NCBI GenBank assembly: GCA_038087875.1
Contig: CM075994.1
Location: 11,596,001-11,660,000 of the forward strand
From: Malacoraja senta
Taxonomy: Eukaryota
DNA: 64,000 bases
Direction of reading: 5' to 3'
Part shown: positions 24,701 to 38,314 of the stretch, piece by piece
How positions within the stretch are numbered: the first letter of the stretch is position 1
Layout of the letters: every line of letters begins with the position of its first letter
Translations under genes and position numbers: made by a program
Notes under the pieces: generated by a model
The model's database searches: none
Told to the model about the DNA's origin: nothing
The model's input: only the letters and a program-made list of their open reading frames with translations

Positions 24701-26902
24701 AACTGCAGTGTAACCCCCTCACCTTCAAAAATGACACGTTGTATTTTAGGTCCAGCAGTTCCTGTAAGCTTTTGACTTCGTTCTCAATAGAATTTAAATT
24801 CTCTTGAATCTCGTGAAGATTTGTCTCCATTATATTCAGAATCTTCTTCTCTTCCTCCCGGATATCTGCCAGTGCGCGCTTCTCTTTCTCAGTGAGAATT
24901 TGGTGCAGTTCAGCAAACTGGGATGTGATCTGTGATTGAAGGTTGTGTGACTGTTTCTGTGAAATGAAAGTGAAGATCAACATGTCACTGTATTGTGTTT
25001 CCTCACGCCATGGAAAGTATTATTTGGCCAATCGACATCCGGGCGTAGAGCGCAGGAAAAGGCCATTCCACCAACCATATCCATACTGGCCATCCTCACC
25101 AATCCCATTTACTTTCATTGAATAGATAGCTTTGATTATCTCGAGAATTCAACAGCTTTTCTAAATGCTTCGGAAATGTCACACAGGGTGAATCACATTA
25201 TCCCATGAATCCCATCCCCCTCATCCAATCCCCTGCCGACCATTCCCATCCACGTCCCCTTTAATTCCCATTGATTTGCCCACTACCTACTTTCACATGG
25301 ATGATTTACAATCTTCGATTGACTATCCAACCGGCGTGTCTTTTGGATTTGGAAGGAATCCGACGCGGTCACAGGGAGAATGGCGTGAACCACACGGGCA
25401 GCACCCGAAGTCAGGATCGAACCCGGTCATCAGAACTAGGCGACAGAGGCACTACTTGTGTCACTACGCTGTCGTATTATTACACGCATCACAGGGATCA
25501 AATCTACACAAGATCAGGTAATCCAAACTGGATAGCCTCACCAGAACTCCAGAAATCTTGTGTTTCTGTTGCTGCTTCATTCGCTGGAACCCTGATTTAT
25601 AATTCGTGAAGGATTCGATGGAAGCTTTAATCTGATCCTGGGATTGAGTTTGGGAATCAGATAATTGAATTGTTAGACAAGAAAGATGGAATTAAACAAT
25701 GATGCGATCAAAATTGGTTTGCTTTTTCCTTGTAGGTTTCAACAGCTTCTTTAACCGGTATGAAGCTGTGAGACTTGTGTTCCCGCCCAGCTGCACAAAT
25801 CACACAGATCAGCTTCTTGTCAGTTTCATAAAACAGCTTCAGTTCTTGCTGATGTTCCTCGCACTGAAGTTCACTTTCCTTCTCTGTCCGATTCAGGCTC
25901 AGTGTTCGAGCTTTCTCAGACAGTCTCGCCAAGGCCCGACTAACCCCGAAGGTGCGGTCTGTAAACTCCTCTCTACAATCTGTGCAGGAGTTTCTCTCCT
26001 CCATGTCCCAACTCTGTGTGATACAGGAGCGGCAGAAGTTGTGCCCACACTCCAGTGTAACCGGATCGGTGAAGAAATCCATGCAGGTGGGACAAACTAC
26101 CTCCTCGGTTAAACTCTCGAACCTGTCCTTCGAAGCCATTTTAACTGCGCCACTTCCTGGTCAAAACACAATCACTTTCTCGAAACTGCTGAACCCCTGC
26201 AGTGTCGCGAGTGTCTACATCGCACCCTGCCGTATCGGGGAATGAATGTTATTTGCGTGAAGGTGTCCTGGCCGCTTCCAACTAATCTCACACGAGGGAG
26301 GGATCAGTTAGATAATAAAAAGCCCTGAACAGCGCTTGCGGCAGTCGAAGGCAGAACAGATAGCTGGAAAGAGAGCAGGAAAGATTTACGTGGATGTTGC
26401 CAGGACTCGAGGTCACGAGCGAATGGGAGAAGTTGGGCAGGGTAGGACTTTATTACTTGGAGCGCAGGAGGCAGCGGGGTATACGATCACGAGGGGAATA
26501 GATGGGGTGAATGCACAGAGTCTTTTTTCCCAGAACGTTTGGGGAATCAAGAACCACAGGAATTATGTTTAAGTTGAGAGGGAAAAGATTTAACAGAAAT
26601 CCGAGGGGTAACTTTTCACATCGAAGGTGGTGGCTGTATTAAACAAACTAGGAGAGCAGGTAGACGAGGTCAGATATAACTGCATTGAAACGCTGTTTGG
26701 ACAGGTTCGTGGATAAGAAAGGATAGAGGGACATGGGCCAAACGCGGGCTGGTGGGATTGTGCTGATGGGGCATCTTGGTGCTATGGGCAAGTTGGGCCT
26801 AAAGGCCTGTTTCCGTGCAGTATGACTCTATGACTGTGAGGAAGGGACAGGGCCGGCGCTAACGAGGACTCAGATGTAACTGAACCCGCCGCCCGCACCT
26901 CC

Positions 26903-26934
26903 AGAGAGAGAGAGCGGCGAGGAGAGAAAGAGCG

Positions 26935-27005
<71 letters not shown>

Positions 27006-27087
27006 GAGAGCGCGGAGAGGGAGAGAGGGCGGAGAAGGAGAGAGAGAGCGGAGAAGGAGTGAGAGAGAGAGCGGAGAGAGGGGGGAG

Positions 27088-27124
<37 letters not shown>
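26903..27124. repeat. (GA)n-rich simple repeat
   Basis: Read directly from the sequence. Confidence 0.95.
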
Positions 27125-27126
<2 letters not shown>

Positions 27127-27131
27127 TGTGG

Positions 27132-27305
27132 ATTGGTGAGTGCTGTATCAGCACCACCCATATCACCATTTGAGCCCGATGACGCACCTGTGCTTGACAG
27201 TAACAATGTGGGTTTCCTGTGGGTTCCTCAAGCATTTCTTCCAGCACAGGTACGTCATCGGCCTTATATGGTGATATGGGCGGCGCTGATATAGCACTCA
27301 CCAAT
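27132..27305. repeat. Inverted repeat with about 66-bp arms and 42-bp spacer
   Basis: 27132-27197 matches the reverse complement of 27240-27305. Confidence 0.9.
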
Positions 27306-29320
27306 AGGCACAAATTGTGCATCCCGGCAATATGTGGGTTGTACACTTTAAAAGCGCCAGAGCGGTTAATCTCATAATTGCAATCGAGAGTACCCTGGAT
27401 CTCAGTTCTCCGACGTTACTGATGAGTTACCCTCTCTCCCCTCCCGTCTCCTATCCACTCCCCCCTCCACTTCTCCAGACCGCGGCATCGACACTCTGAG
27501 CTCAGGGAGACCGAGGTGCTGCTGAAGGAGACGAGACTTCAAGCTTCAGGGCCCCAAAAATGTTGGTCCACCACTGTATGTAATCGCTGGCCGGCACGGA
27601 CTCGGTGGGCCGAATGTCCTGTTTCCGCGCTGTATCACTGTAGTAAACTGAAGTTCGGTGAGAAGGGAGGAATGCAGCAGGTTTTGAGCCGAGTCTAAAG
27701 CATCACAACAGGTCTGTAAACCTCAGCTACCGCCGGTACAGAAGCGGGAGAGAGGGCAGTTCATGTTCCCTCCTTCTCTGCTCCTCTTTCCGTTCTCTAC
27801 CTCTACCCCACTCCCTTGGCACTGACACCTCCCTCTCTCCCCTCTAGCCCAGCCCAGCGTGCCGCTTGACTCGGGGGATTCAGCACAGCCTGGAGTCGGT
27901 CGGCAGACGTGACCGGGACCGGGACCGGGACATCGCGAGTGATGCGGCGATCTATCTGCAAGGCCGTGGGTCTGCTGTGGCTACTGGCAGGTACACAGCA
28001 CATCAGCACAACTGGCAGTTTACGCCAAACGTCCGTGTTGGATTTAACCTGTTCAGTTCAGCTTAGTATATCGTCACGTGAAGAGCTTTTGTTGTGTGCT
28101 AACCAGTCAGCGGAAAGACAACATATGTTTACACTCAAGCCATTTACAGTGTATAGATACATGATAATGGATCTGCAGTTGGGGTCAGCATCTGCAGTTG
28201 CTTCCTACACTTAAACAAGAGGGCGTGGGTTTAAGGTGAGAGTTGTCAGGTTCAATAGGTATGTGAGGGGCAATGTTTTATTGCGGATGGCCCTTGTTGT
28301 GTTGCAGGCCTCCACACTGCGGCGATGTGCAGAGCAGGAACGGCAGCCACCGCGGGCTCCATCACCACCGTCCCCGTGGGTGGGACGGTGAGATTTCCCC
28401 TCCTGCACCACAGCCAGGAGATGTTCAAGGTGACCCTGGGGCGGATCCCTCCCAATCATCGAATCCTGGCCTGGAAGTCTGACAGCCCGGAGTATCCGTA
28501 CATGGTCCGCCCGTCATACCGGGACAGGGTCTGCTTCCAACCGGACGCCTTCATCGAGCTGCTGGCCGTGAGGCCGGGCGACCAGGTGCAGACAAACTAC
28601 TTTGGGGGTGAGCTGAGGGAACGTGACCGGGAGCGCTTTGTGCTGCACGTGGTCGGTGAGTAGCGCCGTGGGGAGTGCTGCCCCACCCAGTCTAGCCCTT
28701 CGGCCCACATGGTCCATGCTGACCCAGTGGGGTCATTCTGGCCGAGTTATATTTGCTGCACGCAGCACTCTAAACCCTTCCTCTCGGTAGGGTTTCATAC
28801 AAATAAAATACAGCAGATCACACAAAATACATTATAACATAAAAATCCACCACAGTGACTCCTCCACATTCCTCACTGTGATGGAAGGCAAACACAGTTC
28901 AGTATCTTCCCTTCTTTGTTCTCCCGCGGTCGGCGGTCTTAAGCCTTCCGTTGACGGGACGAACTTGACTCCCGCAGCCCGCGGCGGGCCCTCCGCGTCG
29001 GGCGATCAAGCTCCTGCATCGGGAGGGACCTCAGCTCCCTGCGCCGGGCGATCGCACCACGGGTCGGGGCTGGTTGAAACCTTCTGCGACTTTGGAGTTC
29101 CCGACTCGGTCTCTACCCGAGACTGCGAGCTCCGCGATGTTGAAATCCGCAGTTCGCGGTTGGAGCGTTCGATCCCAGGCAAGGGATCGGTTCCGATGGA
29201 GGCGCTCAAAGTCAATCCCGAGCAAGGCCATCAGCTCCATGGTGTTAGGCCGCAGAGCGACCGGAGATACGACGCGGAAAACAATCGCATCTCTGGCAAG
29301 GTAAGAGATTGAAAAAAAAA

Positions 29321-29599
29321 GACGTCGGGAGTCAGACGGGAGCGGAGGCCCAGGCTCACAGCCTGCGCGGAGAAGCAGCGCAAAATCCAGCTCAACTCTG
29401 CCTGTCTCGCCGGGTTAACCTACAGCCCTGGACTGACGGCGCGGAGAAGAAGCGCTAACTCCACTGCTCCGGGCTGGTGTCCCGTCAGTCCAGGCTGTCG
29501 ATTAACCCGGCGGGACAGGCAGAGTTGAGCTGGATTTAGCGCTTCGTCTCCACGCTGGCTGCAAGTCTGGTCCGCCGCTCCCGTCTGACTCCCGACATC
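29321..29599. repeat. GC-rich foldback with about 118-bp arms
   Basis: 29321-29439 matches the reverse complement of 29482-29599. Confidence 0.9.
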
Positions 29600-30427
29600 T
29601 CTGGCCGCCCCCGGACGGGGGTGGGGACAGGGATGGTCAAGTGGCAGTTCGGTATAGCTTGCGGCGCCGGAGACCCGGGTTCGATCATGGCTGCGGGTGA
29701 GGCGCAGGTCTGAATGCATGCCGCGCCACGGTTGCAGAGTGTTTTTCCCGAGTGACCTATGACCGGGCATGCGCTGTCGGAATATCAAACTCGCTTACAC
29801 TCCTTATGGGGCGTAACCAGAGTCGTATAGAGCTGCATCATGACATCTGCATCTCGTGTTCAATGCCCTATACATTGAAGGCATGCACACCACACGCCTT
29901 CTTTACCACCTATCTGCTGGTGCTGCCACCTTTAGTGGGCTATGGACTTTAACTCTCTGCGGTGGACTTTGCAATGTGCTGCCTTGCAGAGCCGATGTCA
30001 CACCATACCGTGGAGGTCAGCCGCAATTCGTCGCATCTCACCCTGAACTGCTCCACCGTCAGCGGCTGCCCCGTCACCTACCGGTGGGAGCGGCGATCGC
30101 AGATGCCGGCGTGGGGAACGCCACCTTCCCCGGAGCCGTGCTGTACCTGCCGGACCCGGGGCAGCACATCTGCACCAACACCTGCACCAACACCTGCGTC
30201 GCAGAAGATTGTTGCAGCCGCCGCGTCAGCGATGCATTCTCTGCAACGCTGCTTCCCGTCGCCCTGCCCGGAGGGCAGTAGGTCAGTGCTGGGTCTGTGT
30301 CTAATGGGAGAGTCATGCAGCAAAGGAACAGGCCATTCGGCCCCACTCTCCCGGTCTACCAACATGCCCCATCTACACTAGTCCCACTTGCCCGAGTTTG
30401 GCCCATATCCCCATAAAATATTCCTGA

Positions 30428-30720
30428 GGGCGGCACGTTGCCACAGCGGATTGAGTTGCTGCCTCACAGCGCCAAAAACACGGGTTCGATCCTGACTACG
30501 GGAGTTGTCTGTACGGAGTTTGCACGTTCTCCCGTGACATGCGTGGGTTTTCTCCGGGATCCTCCCACATTCCAATGTCGTGCGGGTTTGTTGGCTATTT
30601 GACGATAATTGTAAGTTGTTCCCGGTAAATTGTCACCGTGTAGGCTATTGTTAGTGTGCGGGGATCGCTGGCCAGTGGGACTCAGTGGACCGAAGGGCCT
30701 GTTTCCGCGCTGAATCTCTA
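30428..30720 (+). mobile_element. tRNA-derived SINE (V-SINE/HE1-like), near full length
   Basis: B-box GGTTCGATCC, conserved core and 3' GAAGGGCCTGTTTCC tail. Relatives at about 16150-16445, 18860-19055, 25270-25470 and 43710-43815 (all -). Confidence 0.8.
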
Positions 30721-31199
30721 AATTAAACCCGACTCCAGATTCACCACTGTGTGGCGATATCTCCTCCAGGGTCCAGGAGTCGTTGGGCGATCGTTCTCTC
30801 CGTGTTCCTTCTCGCTGTGATCCTTTCTGGCTGTTGCCGTGCTGGGAGTCCGGGCATCGATTCTCCGCAGAAACCGTGCCGTGAGTGTCCTCACCATCAC
30901 ACTCTCCTCGCCCATCCCTCCCTCTCTATCTCCGTCCCCCTCTCCGCCCCTCCCCCCTTTCCCCGCCTTCCCCCCTCCCCTCTTCCCCAACCCCGTCTTG
31001 CTCCCGACGCCCCCATCTCCCCCCTCCCCCTCTTCCCCCTTCCCCCTCCCCTTGTCCTCACACCCACCATCCCCGCACCCCCCTCTCTCCCGGCTAACAT
31101 TGTGGGGTCACGCTGCCCCCTAGTGCACGGGGTGGATGGGCCATGATGCCCGGTCACTACATAGGACTCTCTCTTTTTTTATTTTTATTATTATTTTTC

Positions 31200-31475
<276 letters not shown>

Positions 31476-34400
31476 GCAGGAACAAGGAGCGGGACGGTGT
31501 GCGACCGCGAGAGTTGCAGAGTGCGGACCGCTGTACGTGGGGGGGGGGTCACAGTGCACCCCGTCGCTGGGTGATGGGGAATGAGTCTGCTGCTGTCCCG
31601 TCTCTGTGGCAGGTGTGAGCCCCCTGTCCATGGTCCCAGAGCCCCCCAGCCTGACACTGTGGAGGGGGGGCGTGTAGAGGGAGGGAGATCACTGGACAGA
31701 TGAAGACTACAGACTGTATGAACTATGAGGAATTGAGGACCATGGTCACCAACAAACCGTAATCTCACCGATTGGGGTTTGAAGATTCTGTCCCTGTTCC
31801 CCGTCGCTTTGTCTGTCTTTTCTCTGTAATTTGTTTATTCCTAGCGCAGTACAATGTCCGTGCCGAACATGATGCCTTTAGACTTTAGAAACACAGTGTT
31901 ACATTCTAAAAGTTTAAAATGTGAATGACTTGTAAAATATACCATCAATCTGAACAAAACATGATAGAGCACACCACAGGACAGTGGTGATTTAGGTGGT
32001 CCAAAATTGTTACTTTGTTTTACTTTGTTACAAAGTGATGGGGGCCAGGAACACGTTGTCAAGGGTGGTGTTGGATGCAGATAAGATAGTGGTGTTTAAG
32101 AGGCACGTGGTTATTGGGGGATGTGGATCATGTACAGGCAGAGGCGATGAGGTTATTTTAGCATCGTGTTCAAAACGGACATTGTGGGCCGAAGGGACTG
32201 TGTTGTACTTTTCTATGTTCTATAAGAATCTTGTCTTAACTTTACCAAAGTCTATGTATACAACATCTATCCAATCCCCATTGACTGTTGTTGCATCTGT
32301 TGCTCTTTGTGAAACTGTAATTTTTACAAATCTGACTATTGATGCAATGGATGTTTGTTCTGCACGTTTTTGTGCAGCTTGTGATGACATTGTAACATAT
32401 GCTGTGTACATAATAAATCCGATTTATTTTAACACCTGCTGCCTGTCATGCAGGCCTCTGCCTGATGCAACGAATGCCACTGGTGTTGGTTCATTATTGT
32501 ATGTGTACAGAGATCCAGTGACAAACTCCTGTCTCTGTGTTATCCAGTTAAGTACAACGGGCAGGATTGACATATGATGAAAGAATGGATCAACTGGGCT
32601 TGTATTCACTGGAATTTAGAAGGGTGAAAGGGGATCTTCTAGAAAGTGTAAAACAGGCTATAGGCAATAGACAATAGGTGCGGGATTAGGCCATTCGGCA
32701 GCACCGCCATTTAATGTGATCATGGCTGATTTTCCCCTATCAGTACCCCGTTCATGCCTTCACCCCATATCACCTGACTCCGCTATCTTTAAGAGCCCTA
32801 TCTAGCTCTCTCTTGAAAGTATCCAGAGAACCGGCCTCCGCCGCCTTCTGAGGCAGAGAATTCCACAGACTCACAACTCTCTGTGTGAAAAAAGGTTAGA
32901 TACACGAAAAATGTTCCCGATCTTGGGGTTGGAGTCCAGAACCAGGGGGTCACAGTTTAAGAATAAGGGGTGGGCCATTAGGACTGAGATGCGGAAAATC
33001 TTTTCACCCTGATTAGGATGACCAGCAATTAACATATTGAATGACGGTGCTGGCTCGGAGGGGGAAGGGGAGGGGGGTGCGAGAGGGGGAGGGGGATAAA
33101 AGGGAAATGTGGGAGGCGGGGTGGGAGATGAGCGTACGGAGGAGGGTGGAGAAGAGGAGAATGAGGGGGAGGGCGGTCAATGAGAGACGTTGGGAATGAT
33201 GTGTGACCCCGGGGAGGAGCGGGTTAGGCGGGTGGGTCGGGCAGCATCTGTGCATCAGGCAGGGTCCCGACCACCAGCAATGACCGTCTCACCGCCCCAC
33301 AGACGCTGCCCGACCCGCCACCGAGTCCCTGCAGCCCGGGGACGTGAGATGGGGAGGGTCGGGGGTGGGGACGTGAAAGAGGGGGTTGGGCGGAGGAGGG
33401 GACGTCAGAGAGGGGGAGGTGGCTGGGGTGGGGGGGGGGTGGCTGCGCGGGGAGCGGCGGCCCATTTATGGACGCTGCAGCGTGTAGACATGTAACTGCC
33501 TGCTCTGCTGTGTTGGAGAGAACCGCCCAGACAATGCGCGTCCCGAGGGGGCGTGAACTAAACCACTTCTGGTTTAACCAGAGAGGGTTGATTTGTCGAT
33601 AGACACAAAATGCTGGAGTAACTCAGCGGGACAGGCAACATCTCTGGAGTGAAGGAGTGGGTGATGTTTCGGGTCGAGACCCTTCTTCAGAAGGTTGAAT
33701 TGTGTTTAGTTAACAAATGTATTGGAGAGAGAGAGTTAACACCGTCCTGACGCCGGTTAGTTGCTCCGTTTTCTCCGTAACATGTATATATTCGCAATGG
33801 ATTGGGCAGGGTAGATGATTGGTCAGGGTAGATGCAGGAATCATGTTCCTAATGTTGGGGGAGTCCAGAAACAAGGGTCACATAGTTTAAAAGTAAGGGG
33901 CGGCCATTTAGAATGGAGATGTGGAAACACTTTTTCACCCAGACAGTTGTGAATCTGTGGAATTCTCTGCCACGGAAGGCAGTGGAGGCTAATTCACCGG
34001 ATGAATTCAAGAGAGATCTGGATTTCGCTCTTCGGGCTAAAGGAATCAAGGGATTTGGGGAGAAAGCAGGAATTGGGTACTGATAATGAGACTCGGGTGG
34101 ATAACAGGGAAATGGGGGACTTGGAGATGGGAGATGAGCGTGTGGAAGAGGGGAAATGAGCAGGCTGACTGGGGAGGGATGGGGGTGATGACAGAAATGT
34201 GTGCACTCAAATTTCCAGTCATCTCCCCACCCCTTCCTCTCTCTCTTTCCCCTTTTCCTCCCCCGGCAAAACTTGTGTGCGCATCTGATCTTCTAGGGGT
34301 GTACAGATCTTATTGAGGTGTATAAAATCATGAGAGGAAAAGGTCGGGTGGATGCACAGAGTCTCTTGCCCAGAGTATGGGAATCGAGGACCAGAGGACA

Positions 34401-34809
34401 TAGGTTCAAGGCGAAGGGGAAAAGATTGAATAGGAATCTGAGGCATCTACAGGAGGCGCTGTCACAAAAATGCAGCCAGCATCATCAGAGACTCACACCA
34501 CCCTGGCCACGGTCTCATCTCGCTGCTACCATCGGGAAGAAGGTACCGGAGCCTGAAAATTGCATCGGCCATACATCCATCAGGCTATTAAACTCGCCAA
34601 TCTCCAAATACACTCCAGACTATTTAAACTTGGGGGAATTATATTTTGACTTTGCACTACCATTTTCTATTTATTTATGTGTGTTTGTTTTTATATACAC
34701 TGATGTTGATTGTGTGTATCCTGGGTTTTACAGAGCCGTGTGCTGCTGCAAGCAACTATTTCATTGATTTGTTTCGGGACACATGACAATAAATCACTCT
34801 TGACTCTAA

Positions 34810-35100
34810 TATTTAGTTTAGAGAAACAGGCCCTTCGGCCCTCCGAGTCCGCGCCGACCAGCGATTCCCGCACATTAACACCATCCTACACACACCGGGG
34901 ACAATTTACATTTACACCAAGGCCAATCAATCTGCAAACATGTACTTCTTTGGCAAGTGGGAGGAAAACCGAAGATCTCGTAGGAAAACAACGCAGGTCA
35001 CGGGGAGAACGTACAAACTCCGTACAGACAGCACCTGTGGTCGGGATCGAACCCGGGTCTCTGGCGCTGTGAGGCTGCAACTCTACCGCTGCCCCACCTT
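34810..35100 (-). mobile_element. tRNA-derived SINE
   Basis: Reverse-complement homologue of 30428-30720. Confidence 0.8.
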
Positions 35101-35312
35101 GCACCGACTGTTGTATTACAACCGCCCTTTAAATCATTAAACGATGTTAATGTCGTGGGCAGCTCGAAGCACCCACTCACTGGCCGTCAAGGCAAAGTTT
35201 ACACCAATTTCCTACATCCTTGGCTTCGAACCCATTCTTCCAAAGATCCGTTCGGAAGAAAACGAATCTCTTATGTGGAGAGCAAATGCTGCAAACACGT
35301 TTTAAATTCTCA

Positions 35313-35951
35313 GGTAGACAAAAAAGCTGGAGAAACTCAGCGGGTGAGGCAGCATCTATGGAGAGAAGGAATATGCAACGTTTCGGGCCGAGACGTTTAG
35401 ACTGATGTGGGGGGGGGGGGCTGGAAGAAGAAAGGAAGAGGCGGAGACGGTGGGTTGTGGGATTGCTGCGAAGGGGAGGGGAAAGAGAGATAAAGCAAGG
35501 ACGACCTGAAATTCGCGAAGCCAATGTTCATACAGCTGGAATGTAAACTACCCAAGCAAAATATGAGGTGCTGCTCCTCCAATTTGCGGTGGGACTCACT
35601 CTGGCCATGGAGAATGCCCAGGACAGAAAGGTCGGATTCGGAATGGGAGAGGGAGTTGAAGTGCTGAGCTACCTGGAGATCAGGTTGGTTATTGCGAACT
35701 GAGCGGAGGTGTTGGGCGAAGCGATTGCCGCGCCTGCGCTTGGTCTCACTGATGTTGAGCAGTTGACACCTGGAACAGCGGATGCAAAAAAAGAGTTTGC
35801 GGGAGGTGCAGGTGAACCACTGCCTCACCCGGAGAGACTGCTTGGGTCCTTGGATGGAGTCGAGGGGGGAGGTAAAGCGACAAGTGTAGCATTCCCTGCG
35901 GTTGCAAGGGAAAGTACCAGGGGTGGGGGTGGTTTGGGTGGGAAGGGACAA
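35313..35951 (-). mobile_element. Penelope-like element 3' end: degenerate GIY-YIG endonuclease (Neptune-like) plus terminal repeat
   Basis: GTFPCNRRECYTC...FTCTS..LFFCIRCSRC...ISETKR...RFAQHL...VAQHFN...RKLEEQHLIFCLG...MNI, followed by the terminal repeat with a hammerhead remnant at about 35375-35405. Confidence 0.85.
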
Positions 35952-36353
35952 GAGTCGGCGGACTTCAGCATCCGACTTTCAAAGTCGGCGGACTTTAGGA
36001 CCCGGGGGAGCCCGGAGCTCAGGACCCGCCGCCCGCGGCTGATGCTGAACCCGCGGGAAGGACGATTGTTTCAATCTTTATATTTTCACAAAAATAATTT
36101 CTGTTCCGTTGCCGGATGCGGTTAACGCGTTAAAATGAACGGATCGACAGACAGCTCTGATTTCAGTTGCTCTTTATTTCACTCTTCCCACATTTACATC
36201 CCCCCTGGTTTTATTTCCGCGCTCACTGGGGTTTTAAGACGCGGAATATGGGGATTAAATGGGAGCCATTCTGCGCCGACCTGTTGTCCACCGGGTTTCT
36301 GCTCCACAGCCCCTGAGCCCCGCTCCTGACGCCGGCCCCGGGACCCGACCCTT

Positions 36354-36886
36354 TTACTCACCCGGAGCTGAAACGGAGCAGATTCTCAGCCACTGGTTTT
36401 CATCACAAGGCCAGAAGAAAGGATAAAGTTTCTCCGTGAATTTATTCCCAGTGAAGGTGTGGATATGGGACTTGGAGTCCGCGTCGTAAAATGAAACTGT
36501 CCCGGACTCGTAACTGAGATAAACTCCCACCCTCCCGGGGAAGGGACGGGCGGGGAGAGGGGATGGAGGGGAGGTGAATGCATCAAACACGTCATCCTGC
36601 CGCCAGATGCTCCAGACTCCAGTCTCCGGGGTCAGTGTGACCCCTCTCTTCCTCTCCACAGACTCTGCGGCGACTCCCAGACTCCAGCGCTGACTCCCCG
36701 CCACCTCCACCTCCCAGTAATGTCTCCCCGATGCGAATCCCTCCGATCCCAGCACACACGGCCAGTATGTAAACCTCTTCCCGGTATCAGGGAGACTCCT
36801 CCGGGTCCAGGTCAGTCTCACCCTCTTCCGATCCTCAGACACCTCGAGCCGCGCATGCGCTGTTTCCACATCCAGGGTGACGGAGA
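36354..36886 (-). CDS. PRY/SPRY terminal exon, TRIM copy 2, open frame
   Basis: VSVTLDVETAHARLEVSED...CVLGSEGFASGRHYWEVEV...VGVYLSYESGTVSFYD...LYPFF. Confidence 0.92.
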
Positions 36887-38314
36887 CTGGGGGGGAAAGC
36901 AGAGAATCAGAGAGTCCCCGGGGATCGGGGGAAGACTCGGGCAGCGCGGCCCCGGGACCGGGTGAGAGGCCGCTCGGTGAGGTGATGCACTTTGCTGAGA
37001 CAAACCAGGGCAGGACACACAGTAAACGGGGAACCTTATAGAACTGAGAGATCTCGGGCTGCAGGTACAGTGCCATGGAAGATGCAACAGTGACAGGCAG
37101 GGTGGTGAGGAATGTGTTTGTCACTCATGCTTTCATAGGTCAGGATATTAAATACAGCGTTTGACACAATAAGGTTGTTAGCAAGTTAGAGACGGTGCAA
37201 ATGGATTTACAATAGTTTCACCATGTCTGAAGGGCTGGGTTAGAAGCAGACGTTGGACAGGTAGGGACATTTATCTTTGGACCCCATCCGGGTGTTTTTT
37301 TAAATGTGTATAAGATCTATATAAGGTGCTCAGATAGGGTGAATAGCCACAGTATTTTACCCAAGGCAGGAGAGTCTGAACGTCTGACTTTGTGATACTT
37401 CGCGGCTGATGGGTTTAGTGATAGATCAAATCTCCAATATCCATTCAGTCCAAAATACCATTAACCTTTGTATCTAGGTATTGCTTAAAGATGTCGGAAA
37501 CAAGAATAATGGAAAAGATAGAAGCTTTACCTTGCTTGAAGTAATCAGATATTTCTTCGAATTTCGCGTTGAACGAAACAGGGCAATGAAACATTTCAAT
37601 CGGCAAGGCAACATCTAGCACCGACAGTGGTTTGGCTTCATCACGAACCCTGGAAATATTTAATAGCTGGTTATAAACTGAGCATTAGAAATGTTTTGAG
37701 TTGTTCCACAAAAACTTACAATGTTTCCATCAAGACAATGTCCTACCTTCGCTTGCGACCAGCTTCCTCCTGAAAGAAATAAAACACAAATCTCAATTGA
37801 TTGAGATGGACCGTCCTCATCCCGACAGCGGGAATTTCACCAAATGTCTGTAACCCTCTGATAATTATCATTTGCCAACTCCTATCGCCACTGTCATGCA
37901 GACAGAAAGCGGATATTGCCGCCGAGATGTAGAACGATGGGGGAAAGCACAAGGAATGTTCATGAGTATGATGCCATAAATGAGAGGATAGAACAATGAA
38001 AAGACTGGGCAGGTCGTAGGATTTCATCTGGAGAAGGTGTCAGGAATGATGAGACTGAATGTAATATTATCGGTGGATTTAAATGGGTGGGGATGAAATA
38101 ATATCTCAAATCGAAGGGGAGACTAATAAGTAAAGCTGAAATGTAACGTGGTCCTCAATAAATACCGAAAGGAATGCAGTCATTAGAACATGGACCTCAC
38201 TTGCATTGGAGGGACAGCAGAGATAAATTTAACAGCAGAGATAAATTTAAAGGCAAGCGGGATAAACACATTAGGGCTCCTGGAAGTCGGAGTATTGTTA
38301 CCAGGTGTGGTGAG

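Larger units (their letters stand above)
19807..26139 (-). pseudogene. TRIM gene copy 1 (RING, B-box, coiled coil, PRY/SPRY; TRIM39/TRIM27/A33-like), probably disabled
   Basis: Exons 26139-25729 (411 bp), 25637-25542 (96), 24956-24723 (234), 23732-23710 (23), 23620-23502 (119), 20336-19807. Exon 1 donor is GA instead of GT, B-box FCETD is FYETD, and there is an in-frame TAA at 23524-23526. Confidence 0.9.

Noticed and set aside
30428..30500. tRNA gene candidate
   Set aside because: It is the head of a multi-copy SINE and continues into the SINE core.
36887..37124. N-terminal extension of the 256-aa PRY/SPRY ORF as a standalone gene
   Set aside because: It is intronic sequence upstream of the acceptor, including antisense CR1 remnant, and is not conserved as an ORF in copy 1.
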